DNA from: an uncultured Gammaproteobacteria bacterium
GTDB lineage: Bacteria; Patescibacteriota; Microgenomatia; UBA10105; UBA927
Assembly: GCA_964448085.1 (NCBI GenBank)
Contig: CAYUUX010000007.1
Span: forward strand, 1-38,760
Direction of reading: 5' to 3'
DNA length: 38,760 bases
Shown here: positions 24,921-33,514 of the stretch, piece by piece
Layout of the letters: the number at the start of each line of letters is the position of its first letter
Numbering within the stretch: position 1 is the stretch's first letter
Program-made: the position numbers and the translations under genes
The notes under the pieces: generated by a model
Seen by the model: only the letters and a program-made list of their open reading frames with translations
Told to the model about the DNA's origin: nothing
Databases searched by the model: none

Positions 24921-26692
24921 TAATAAAAAAACGCGTTATTACAATTTCGATAATGTTTGGCATTTTGCTTCTAGGTATATTCACGCGGCTATTTCTCTTA
25001 GATAAAATTCCGATGGGGTTAAGAGATGACGAAATAGATTTTGTATTAACCGCAAAATCGGTATTTTTGAATGGTAAAACATTGGATGGGATTTTTTCTC
25101 CCTTTTCTTTTAAACCCGTTCCGACTGATGTATCAGCCCCATCAGCGAGAACGCCTTATATGTTACAATCTCCAATCGTTGGTATTTTACCCCTTGGACT
25201 TTTTACTTCAAAAGTCGGATACGCAACAATAAGTATTTTATTAATTGTTATTTGGTTTTTTATTGCATATCGATTTTGGGGTACAAAAGTCGCGTTTTTC
25301 ACAGCTGGTTTGTTAGCGTTGAATCCTTGGGCCATTCACATGGGGCGTACTGCGTTTGATGCCCCTGTTTCAATCTTCTTGGCATATTTATCCTTTAGCC
25401 TTTTTTTATTTTTAAAAAATTGGTGGATTCTTATTGCATTGGTGCCATGGATAGCGGGTTTGCAAGCATACCATGGAATAAATATTGTTTATCTACTGTA
25501 TTTAGCTATCATATGTTTATCTTCTTGGCGGTTGCGGAAGAAAACGTATGGGAAGCAATATGGTATAGCCTTTGGCATTGGGATAATTTGCTTTTTATGG
25601 TTTTTGCTATCGATGTCATCGGATCGTGTAGGATCACGATTCCATGAGTTATTGCTGCCAAATAATCCAGAACTTATATCCAGTGTAAATACCGAAAGAA
25701 GAAGTGCAATACAGACGTCAGTCAATGAAATATTTAGCAACCGGTATATTATATTTGCGCGTGAGTTTTTTGGAAAATATATATCAAGTTTTTCAACAGC
25801 TCACTTATTCGCATACGGTGAATCATTATCAGTGTATTCCCTTCGTATATTGGGTTTTTTCTACCCGATTGATATTTTTCTTATTTTAATTGGTTTATTC
25901 ACCGCACTAATAAAAAGCAAAAAAAAATCTGCTGTATTTTTAGCCTTACTTGCTATTTCACCTATACCAACAGCGTTCAGTTATGTCGAAACATCCTTTG
26001 GTCAACGCTCCGCTTTGATGTATCCGATTTTGTGCATGTTTGCAGGAATCGGCATAGCATCAATCTTTGAATCAAAAACAGTTCGGTATTTTTGGAAAGT
26101 TTTACTCGCAGCAATATATACCTCTAGCTTTGTATATTTTTTGTATGTCTATTTTATCTTTAATCCAGTTAATAACTCTGAAGCTTTTGGATTAAGTTAT
26201 CGGATTTTAGCAAATTATATTAATCGTATTCCTAAAAGCGATCGCATTGTTTTTGTTTCTAATGGTTCGGTGAATACCTTTAAGCAATATTTATTTTATT
26301 CGAATACGTTACAAAAAAATACGATATCGGAAATTCAGTCGAAAATCCGATCAAAGCAATATGTTCTTGATAACGTTGAATTTATTAATTGTCCTGAAAA
26401 ATCAGTCAATATTCCGGTGAACTGGATTCTCATCGTACCATATGGAGCGGAATGTCAAACCTTATCATATAGAAAACACAGCAGCATGCTTGCAATAGCC
26501 TACCTGAAAGATAGTGGGCGAATATATGAAATATATAACGATTCACTATGTTCTCAGTATTCGCTCTCATCATATCAAAATCTGTTAACATTCCAGGACC
26601 TTTCTATCGAATCATTAGATAACAAACGGTTTTGTGAGACTTACATCTCCAAACCAAACATTATTTTAGAAACTAATGAAACTGAAGACTAA
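24917..26692 (+). CDS. GT-C glycosyltransferase, 'DE' subgroup with 4-Cys C-terminal domain (591 aa)
   Basis: 'GLRDDEIDFVLTAKSV', 'LALNPWAIHMGRTAFD'. The C-terminal domain aligns with that of 4675..6336. Confidence 0.8.
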   Translation: MIIKKRVITISIMFGILLLGIFTRLFLLDKIPMGLRDDEIDFVLTAKSVFLNGKTLDGIFSPFSFKPVPTDVSAPSARTPYMLQSPIVGILPLGLFTSKVGYATISILLIVIWFFIAYRFWGTKVAFFTAGLLALNPWAIHMGRTAFDAPVSIFLAYLSFSLFLFLKNWWILIALVPWIAGLQAYHGINIVYLLYLAIICLSSWRLRKKTYGKQYGIAFGIGIICFLWFLLSMSSDRVGSRFHELLLPNNPELISSVNTERRSAIQTSVNEIFSNRYIIFAREFFGKYISSFSTAHLFAYGESLSVYSLRILGFFYPIDIFLILIGLFTALIKSKKKSAVFLALLAISPIPTAFSYVETSFGQRSALMYPILCMFAGIGIASIFESKTVRYFWKVLLAAIYTSSFVYFLYVYFIFNPVNNSEAFGLSYRILANYINRIPKSDRIVFVSNGSVNTFKQYLFYSNTLQKNTISEIQSKIRSKQYVLDNVEFINCPEKSVNIPVNWILIVPYGAECQTLSYRKHSSMLAIAYLKDSGRIYEIYNDSLCSQYSLSSYQNLLTFQDLSIESLDNKRFCETYISKPNIILETNETED

Positions 26693-28166
26693 TAAAAGGG
26701 TAACTCTATTTATTTTCATAGTATTAATACTGTGTGCTTCTTTTTTCCGTGTTTACCTCCTTTCTAAGAACCTTTTCTTTGGTCCTGAACAGGGGAGAGA
26801 TTTTCTCGTTCTGCGCGATATGGTCGTGAACCACAAATTGACGTTAATCGGTGCGAAGACAGATATTGCCGGTGTCTTTCATGGACCCCTTTATTATTAT
26901 ATTGCCGCAATCCCATTTGCACTTTCCCACGGAAATCCCGTGGTCGTTTCGTTTTCGCTTGCGCTGCTGCAGGTAGTAGGAATACCGCTTATTTATTTCT
27001 TGACGGTAGAATTGTCAAAAAATAAACGGGCAGGTCTTATTGCTGGTACACTCTATGCGGTTTCATTTGAGTCAATTGTCTATGCGCGGTGGCTATCAAA
27101 TCCCCCATTAAGTCTTATATTTTCTGTTGGGTTGATACTGTGTCTTGCGCGTTTTTTAAAAGGGAACCATTGGTATTTGCTGGGAGTGGGGATACTATAT
27201 GGAATTCTGGGGCAACTTGAATTCATAAATTATTTGCTATTCGGTACAATTATTATTGCTACGTTTATTCGCTATTTTCATGTATGGAGGAAAACCAAAT
27301 GGAAGATATTGCTGACAAGCACATTACTTGCAATGTTTATGGGGTTCGGAACGTATATACTTTTTGATGTCCGACATGGTTTTTTGATATTCAAAAGCAT
27401 TATTGAGTTACTTTCTGGCGGAGGCTTTAGAGGTTCGTTTTTTGATGCTGCGGCCGAGATGAGTATTCGGTATGTTACAGAGATAGGCAGAACTTTCGGC
27501 ATATTCCATATAGCGGGTGCCACAATTATAACGTTTGTTGGATTATATTCATGGTTAAGATATAGAAAATATAACCAATTGCTTGATGTATTGGGTATAT
27601 GGATGATTACGCCGTTAGCCGCTTTATACGTATTTCGCCATGGTGTTCTCGAACAGGTGTTTGTCGGGTTGTTGCCCGCTTGGATTATAGCTGTTGCCCT
27701 CGTAACTGGATCAATTTGGGAAATGTATAAGAAGTTGGGAATTACGGTGTTTGCTGCATTAGTAATGTACGGAGCGGTGATATATTTCAATTTTATTCCC
27801 TTCAATGAACAAGTGTTTTTCCAAAAATCACAATCACGAATTATCTATGAAGAAGAAACTCAAGTTGTGAAGGCAATTTACCGTCGTGCAGACGGTAAAC
27901 CTTTCTATTTTCAGGCATTTACGATACCCGTATTTTGGCAGGACGGTTGGGAATACCTTTTTTGGTATATCGGGACAAACAAATACGGCTATATTCCAAT
28001 CGAGGAAGATAAATCGGTTATCTATGTTATAACCCCGAAGATCTATTGGGATCCATATCTGTCTCTTTTTAAAAAGAACTGGTATAACGAAACGGTATCG
28101 ACATGGGGAAAATTGACGTTTGAACAGACAATTGGTGAATTTACGATAGAGGAACGAATAAAATGA
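26676..28166 (+). CDS. GT-C membrane glycosyltransferase, 'EQGRD' subgroup (496 aa)
   Basis: 'FFGPEQGRDFL...LTLIGAKTDIAGVFHGPLYYY', 'RWLSNP', C-terminal 'PFYFQAFTIP...WEYLFW'. Confidence 0.8.
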   Translation: MKLKTNKRVTLFIFIVLILCASFFRVYLLSKNLFFGPEQGRDFLVLRDMVVNHKLTLIGAKTDIAGVFHGPLYYYIAAIPFALSHGNPVVVSFSLALLQVVGIPLIYFLTVELSKNKRAGLIAGTLYAVSFESIVYARWLSNPPLSLIFSVGLILCLARFLKGNHWYLLGVGILYGILGQLEFINYLLFGTIIIATFIRYFHVWRKTKWKILLTSTLLAMFMGFGTYILFDVRHGFLIFKSIIELLSGGGFRGSFFDAAAEMSIRYVTEIGRTFGIFHIAGATIITFVGLYSWLRYRKYNQLLDVLGIWMITPLAALYVFRHGVLEQVFVGLLPAWIIAVALVTGSIWEMYKKLGITVFAALVMYGAVIYFNFIPFNEQVFFQKSQSRIIYEEETQVVKAIYRRADGKPFYFQAFTIPVFWQDGWEYLFWYIGTNKYGYIPIEEDKSVIYVITPKIYWDPYLSLFKKNWYNETVSTWGKLTFEQTIGEFTIEERIK

Positions 28167-29743
28167 AACAACTTCTTCCCTGGATTTCCGTTGTGATAAT
28201 TGCTCTCTGTATCGCGGTTGTTCCATGGTTTGGAAGAGCATACATTCCAACGCACGATGGAGAGTATCATATTGTCCGCATCGTTGAATTTTCTAAAATG
28301 CTTTCCGCAAGATATCTGTTTCCCAGATGGGCTCCCGATCTCAACAGTGGGTATGGAATTCCTATATTCGAATTCCATTACCCATTTCCGAATTATATTG
28401 GAAGTTTTCTTCGATTGTTCACGCACGATGCAGTCTATGCGTACCAATACGCGGTTGGGATAGGGTTCATACTGGCCGGTATATTTTTGTTTTTATGGTT
28501 GAAAACAAGATTTTCTTCGTTTGCCGCATGTATCGGAACGATCATTGGCATATTCATACCATACTGGTTTGTAACACAGTACGTTCGCGGATCTATCGGT
28601 GAAGTGTGGGCAACAGCGTTTCTTTTCATGGTGCTGTTTTTCGGAGAGCATAAGAAAAAAATTCCAGTTGCATTAGCGTACGCAGGCGTAATCCTCAGTC
28701 ATAATATTCTGGCGTTAATGTATACGCCATTTTTATTTGTCTATTGGATCATCCGTAAACGGTATGTCAATTGTTTTTCCATGGTTTTTGGTATTGCCGT
28801 CGCATGTTTTTTTTGGCTGCCGGCGCTTCGTGAGGGGAAATATGTGGTTGGATTAAATACAGTACTGTTCAGTGACCACTTCATTCAGGTATACGAATTG
28901 CTCATCCCCTCATGGGGAACCGCGTTTTCCGGTGGAACAGTGAGTGGAAACAAAATGTCATTTCAACTCGGAATTGTACCAATGGCCATTATCCTTCTGG
29001 CAGTAGTAACAATGATTAGGGAAAGAAAAAAAGAAATGAAATACAGTATTTTGTATATGTATCTGGTGCTGGTTGGAGCACTGTGTCTTATGTTTTTCTT
29101 TTCCAAAGGAGTGTGGTACTTGATTCCCATTATCCAATTCATTCAATATCCCTGGCGGATGCTCTCGTTTACATTGGTAACTATACCATTCCTTGCCGCG
29201 TATGCAGTTTCATCAACGAAACGTCGATTCGCTGGTATTATTCTGGCGCTTCTTGCGATTGTCCTATCGTATTCTTATACCAGACCTGTCCAATACCAAG
29301 CGCGAAACGAAACGTATTATGTTACTCGTTCAAATTTTATGGACGGAACATCGTCGATGGGAAACAGTTTTTCAACAATATGGACACCCTGGAAAGATGC
29401 GAGAACGGAAGAGCTCATAACTGTCGTAAACGGTAACATAACTGGGATCGAAAAAAACAACTATCTTGCCAAAACGGCTCACGTTTCGTTGAAAGCAGAC
29501 GGAGAGGTTATCATGCACACAGTCTATTTCCCCGGATGGACGGCATTTGTTGACGGGAAGGAACAGCCTATTGCCTATCAGAACGATGGTATTATCCATG
29601 TCGCTGTTCCGACAGGTGAACATGTTATTACAATGGTATTTCGCGATACGCCAATACGGAAGACAGCATCGGGTATATCGATCGTCGGTTTGGTCGGTCT
29701 GTTAGCTTGGGGTATACTTTCATATAGGGGAAACAAACAATAG
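28163..29743 (+). CDS. PTPS_related (PF10131-like) GT-C-clan membrane protein (526 aa)
   Basis: 'THDGEYHIVRI...FPRWAPDLNSGYG.PIF.F.YPFP', 'RGSIGE', 'QYPWRML', 'YFPGWTAFVDG' plus a final TM. Paralogue of 20808..22457. Confidence 0.82.
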   Translation: MKQLLPWISVVIIALCIAVVPWFGRAYIPTHDGEYHIVRIVEFSKMLSARYLFPRWAPDLNSGYGIPIFEFHYPFPNYIGSFLRLFTHDAVYAYQYAVGIGFILAGIFLFLWLKTRFSSFAACIGTIIGIFIPYWFVTQYVRGSIGEVWATAFLFMVLFFGEHKKKIPVALAYAGVILSHNILALMYTPFLFVYWIIRKRYVNCFSMVFGIAVACFFWLPALREGKYVVGLNTVLFSDHFIQVYELLIPSWGTAFSGGTVSGNKMSFQLGIVPMAIILLAVVTMIRERKKEMKYSILYMYLVLVGALCLMFFFSKGVWYLIPIIQFIQYPWRMLSFTLVTIPFLAAYAVSSTKRRFAGIILALLAIVLSYSYTRPVQYQARNETYYVTRSNFMDGTSSMGNSFSTIWTPWKDARTEELITVVNGNITGIEKNNYLAKTAHVSLKADGEVIMHTVYFPGWTAFVDGKEQPIAYQNDGIIHVAVPTGEHVITMVFRDTPIRKTASGISIVGLVGLLAWGILSYRGNKQ

Positions 29744-29747
29744 ATCT

Positions 29748-30782
29748 ATGAATATAGCAATTGATACTTCTCCATTGTCATCAGGACATCGTACGAGAGG
29801 AACAGGGGTATACACGCGCTGCCTTGTTGATGCTCTAAAGGTGTATGTTCCGGAACACACATATCAATTATTAACAACCCACGATTCAGCATCAAAACAT
29901 GTTGATCTCATACATTATCCTTATTTTGACCCGTATTTTTTAACACTTCCGTGGAAAAGGACTGCCCCAACCGTGGTAACGGTCCACGATCTTATTCCTT
30001 TGGTGTTCCGTGATAAGTTTCCATCGGGAATTCGTGGGCAGGTGAAGTGGAGTATACAGAAAAAATTATTATCAACGGTTTCACGGATTATAACGGACTC
30101 AAAATCCTCAAAAAAGGATATTGTGCAGATTACCGGGATTGCGGAGGAAAAGATAGACGTTATTTATCTTGCTCCGGCCCCAACACTGAAACCTGTTGCA
30201 AATCCCACGGATCTTCGGAGAATACAGAAAAAATATAATCTTCCAAAAGAGTATGTTTTGTACGTCGGGGATGTTAATTGGAATAAAAACATCATGGGAT
30301 TGTTAGAGGGGATAGCCAAGACGAACGTACCGCTTATGCTTGTCGGGAAGGCCTTTGTAGATGAATCGCTTCGAGAGGTGCAAGAAGTGAATGCACAAAT
30401 AAAGTTGTTACATCTGGAAGATCGTGTTTATAAACTCGGATATGTACCGGATGATGAGCTGCGTGCGTTGTATTCCTTGGCTCTTTGTTTAGTTCAGCCG
30501 TCATGGTATGAAGGGTTCGGACTTCCGGTGCTTGAAGCGTTTGCCTGTGGTTGTCCTGTTATCGCATCAAATAATTCGTCGCTGGTTGAAATTCGTGGTC
30601 CTTCGTTTAGTGTGGATCCGGGCGATTCGGAAAGTATTTCCGATGCAATTAAGAGCGTGCAAACGTTCGATGTAAAAAAACGGCAACAGATTATCCGCGA
30701 GGGGTTTTCATGGGTGAGGCAATTTACATGGGAAAAAACTGCAAAAGAAACCGCATCCGTATATGAAAGGTGCTTAGAATGA
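29748..30782 (+). CDS. GT4 (group 1) glycosyltransferase, MtfB/WbaZ-like (344 aa)
   Basis: 'MNIAID...RGTGVY', 'TVHDLIP', 'IT.S..SKKDI', 'KN..GL', EX7E motif 'EGFGLPVLE'. Confidence 0.9.
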   Translation: MNIAIDTSPLSSGHRTRGTGVYTRCLVDALKVYVPEHTYQLLTTHDSASKHVDLIHYPYFDPYFLTLPWKRTAPTVVTVHDLIPLVFRDKFPSGIRGQVKWSIQKKLLSTVSRIITDSKSSKKDIVQITGIAEEKIDVIYLAPAPTLKPVANPTDLRRIQKKYNLPKEYVLYVGDVNWNKNIMGLLEGIAKTNVPLMLVGKAFVDESLREVQEVNAQIKLLHLEDRVYKLGYVPDDELRALYSLALCLVQPSWYEGFGLPVLEAFACGCPVIASNNSSLVEIRGPSFSVDPGDSESISDAIKSVQTFDVKKRQQIIREGFSWVRQFTWEKTAKETASVYERCLE

Positions 30783-31462
30783 AAAAATTATCGATAATTG
30801 TTCCTGTATATAATGAAGAAAAGACGATCGATGAGGTATTGCATCGTATCTTGAACGAGCCGCTTGCTGGATGGCAAAAGGAAATCATTGTCATTAATGA
30901 CGGATCAACGGATAAGACCAGAAAAATTTTAGATAAATGGCGAAAAAAGGTTACGGTGATTGAAAAAGACAAGAATGAAGGGAAAGGAAGTGCACTAAGT
31001 ATCGGTTTTAGGAAAGTAACTGGCGATATCGTGCTCATTCAGGATGCCGATTTGGAATATAGTCCGTCAGATTATCCCGTCCTTCTGTCTCCGTTTGCAA
31101 ACGAACGCGTCTCCGTTGTATACGGATCACGATTTTTAGGTCCTCATTTATCAACAATGTTCATCTACGCGCAAGGAAATAAATTTATTACATTCGTGGC
31201 AAACATTTTATTTAATACAAACCTTACAGACATGGAAACTGGTTTTAAGGTAATGAGAAGGGAAGTTGTTGAGGGTATGCATATTGATTCAAAACGGTTT
31301 GAAGCGGAACCGGAAATCACTGCAAAAATTTTAAAACGTGGATATCAGATTTATGAAGTTCCCATTTCATATATGGGAAGAACGTTTGAAGAAGGAAAAA
31401 AACTTACCTGGAAAGATGGACTCACCGCACTGTTTACCCTCATAAGATACAGAGTATTCTAA
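30779..31462 (+). CDS. GT2, DPM1-like polyprenol-phosphate sugar synthase (227 aa)
   Basis: Start re-called at ATG 30779. 'IVPVYNEE', 'NDGSTD', 'NEGKGSAL..G', 'IQDADLEYSP.DY..L', 'VVYGSRF', 'TDMETGFK', 'RFEAEPEIT'. No TM tail. Confidence 0.85.
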   Translation: MKKLSIIVPVYNEEKTIDEVLHRILNEPLAGWQKEIIVINDGSTDKTRKILDKWRKKVTVIEKDKNEGKGSALSIGFRKVTGDIVLIQDADLEYSPSDYPVLLSPFANERVSVVYGSRFLGPHLSTMFIYAQGNKFITFVANILFNTNLTDMETGFKVMRREVVEGMHIDSKRFEAEPEITAKILKRGYQIYEVPISYMGRTFEEGKKLTWKDGLTALFTLIRYRVF

Positions 31463-31463
31463 T

Positions 31464-32723
31464 ATGGTGATAAAAAACGTAATTAAGAAAATAACTTCTC
31501 ATTCGCTGGCCCGTGACAGCGCAACGATGTTTGCTGGATCCATGACAGCTAATATTTTTTCGTACCTCTATCATTTGCTTATGGGTCGGTTGCTTGGGCC
31601 TATCGGATATGGCGAACTATCCTCCCTTCTTTCGATTTTCTATATTTTTTCGATCCCGTTAAGCGTGGGTCAATTGGTGCTCGTTAAATTCGTATCTGTG
31701 TTCAAAGCAAAGGGGGAAATTGGTCAGTCAAAAACGCTTTTTTTGAAAGTGACAAAATTATCGCTAATTGGGTGCATCGTACTTTTACCAATAATTATCA
31801 TAATATCCCCTTGGATAACTGATTACTTACAAATACGGCAACCGATTATGTTTATTTTGGTCTATGGTATCTTCGTTTTTTCTTTACTGACGGTTATTAT
31901 GGCGAGCGTATTACAGGGATACCAAAAGTTTTTGTGGGTGAGTATTTTGGGAGCAGGAGCAATTCTAATTAAGATCTGCTTTAGCGTACCTGCTGTACCA
32001 TTTGGTGTTGTTGGTGTTTTGATAGCAGTACTCCTATCGGCAATACTTGCATATGCATGCAATTTCATCCCCTTAGGATTTTTATTTCGCGTTCCGGCTC
32101 TTACGATGAATATAACCAAAAAGGAAGCATTCTCGTTTGCAATACCGACCTTATTGGTTACGCTCGGTATGACGTCTCTGTATTCGACAGACATGATATT
32201 GGTGAGACATTATTTTCAACCGTTGGAAGCTGGGATTTATGCGTCACTTGCGGTAATGGGAAAGATCGTATTTTATGGCACATCCGTCGTCACATTGGTT
32301 TTTTATCCGGTATTATCTGAGCGGTATGCGAAAGGGGAAAGGACGAGATCAATGATACGTATAGGTTTGGGCGCAGTGACTGTAATTTCATCCGGTATCA
32401 CGCTGCTCTACTTTTTATTTCCGAAATTAATCATTTCATTATTATTCGGTACATCTTATTTAGCCGGAGCTCCTTATTTAGGGATCTTTGGTGTATTTTT
32501 GGTGTTGTATACAATAGGAAATATGTTTACCACTACATTTTTGGCAACGGGCAAGACGAAAATGTGGTGTATTCCGGTAGTCGCTGCACTGTTGCAGATT
32601 TTGGGAATTATACTATTCCACAATACCTTGCTCACCGTTATTTATATTGATATTGCCATCTCTATCCTGCTTGTGTTAGGGTTAGGTGTATATTACGTGC
32701 GTGACCGGAAAGAACGACCATGA
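31464..32723 (+). CDS. Wzx/MOP-type oligosaccharide flippase (419 aa)
   Basis: About 12 hydrophobic helices. 'MF...AN.FSYLYHLLMGRLLGP..YG' and 'STD.ILVRHYF...AGIYA....GK' are characteristic of Polysacc_synt flippases. Confidence 0.85.
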   Translation: MVIKNVIKKITSHSLARDSATMFAGSMTANIFSYLYHLLMGRLLGPIGYGELSSLLSIFYIFSIPLSVGQLVLVKFVSVFKAKGEIGQSKTLFLKVTKLSLIGCIVLLPIIIIISPWITDYLQIRQPIMFILVYGIFVFSLLTVIMASVLQGYQKFLWVSILGAGAILIKICFSVPAVPFGVVGVLIAVLLSAILAYACNFIPLGFLFRVPALTMNITKKEAFSFAIPTLLVTLGMTSLYSTDMILVRHYFQPLEAGIYASLAVMGKIVFYGTSVVTLVFYPVLSERYAKGERTRSMIRIGLGAVTVISSGITLLYFLFPKLIISLLFGTSYLAGAPYLGIFGVFLVLYTIGNMFTTTFLATGKTKMWCIPVVAALLQILGIILFHNTLLTVIYIDIAISILLVLGLGVYYVRDRKERP

Positions 32724-33511
32724 AATTATTCAGTTTGATTATTCCTGTATATAAGCAAGAGCACACTATTAAACGTGACATAGAAAAAGTCATCGAAGCA
32801 TTCGATGCAGTTTCGATTCCCTTTGAAATTCTTCCCGTGCTTGATGGATACATCGATAACAGTGAACAGGAAATCAGGAAAATTACCGATAAGCGGGTAC
32901 GCTTGGTCGGATACCCAACAAACCACGGAAAAGGGTATGCCGTACGATTTGGATTTGCGCATGCTGCAGGTGATGTCATTGGGTTTATGGATGCTGGCGG
33001 CGATTTATCTCCGAAAGCACTTGTTCCCATGCTTGCACAATTTGATTTTTTGAAAGCGGACGTCGTGCTTGGCAGCAAGCGTCATCCGGATTCAAAGGTG
33101 GAATACCCGGTGTACAGACGAATTCTTTCCTGGGGCTACCAAAGGCTAATTCATATATTGTTTGGGATCAACATTCGGGATTCTCAGGTGGGGATGAAAA
33201 TTTATAGACGGAAATTGTTGGAAGATGTGTTACCGCGCTTACTGGTCAAAAAATTTGCATTCGATATAGAGATACTCGCTGTTGCATATCATTTGGGATA
33301 TGCAAAAATTTACGAGGCACCGATTGAGTTGAATTTTCCAAAAGCTGTATCGACTATTACCATCGAAAAGATACTGCGGACTGTCGGCAATATGTTAAAT
33401 GATACGTTTGCCGTATTTTATAGACTGCATATCCTTCATTATTATGACAATGCGAATAAACGCAAATGGCGATTCGACCCCGAATTGAACTTTAGGATAA
33501 ATGTTGGGTAA
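32720..33511 (+). CDS. GT2, DPM/DPG-synthase-like (polyprenyl-phosphate glycosyltransferase-like), variant DAG motif (263 aa)
   Basis: 'IIPVYKQE', 'NHGKGYAVRFG', 'FMDAGGDLSP', 'VLGSKRHP.S', 'RDSQVGMK', 'KFAFDIEIL'. Confidence 0.8.
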   Translation: MKLFSLIIPVYKQEHTIKRDIEKVIEAFDAVSIPFEILPVLDGYIDNSEQEIRKITDKRVRLVGYPTNHGKGYAVRFGFAHAAGDVIGFMDAGGDLSPKALVPMLAQFDFLKADVVLGSKRHPDSKVEYPVYRRILSWGYQRLIHILFGINIRDSQVGMKIYRRKLLEDVLPRLLVKKFAFDIEILAVAYHLGYAKIYEAPIELNFPKAVSTITIEKILRTVGNMLNDTFAVFYRLHILHYYDNANKRKWRFDPELNFRINVG

Positions 33512-33514
33512 AGT

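Noticed and set aside
20808-29743. Pterin (PTPS) biosynthesis implied by the PF10131 name
   Set aside because: The proteins are multi-TM with a GT-C layout and lack the small T-fold, Zn-binding features of real PTPS.
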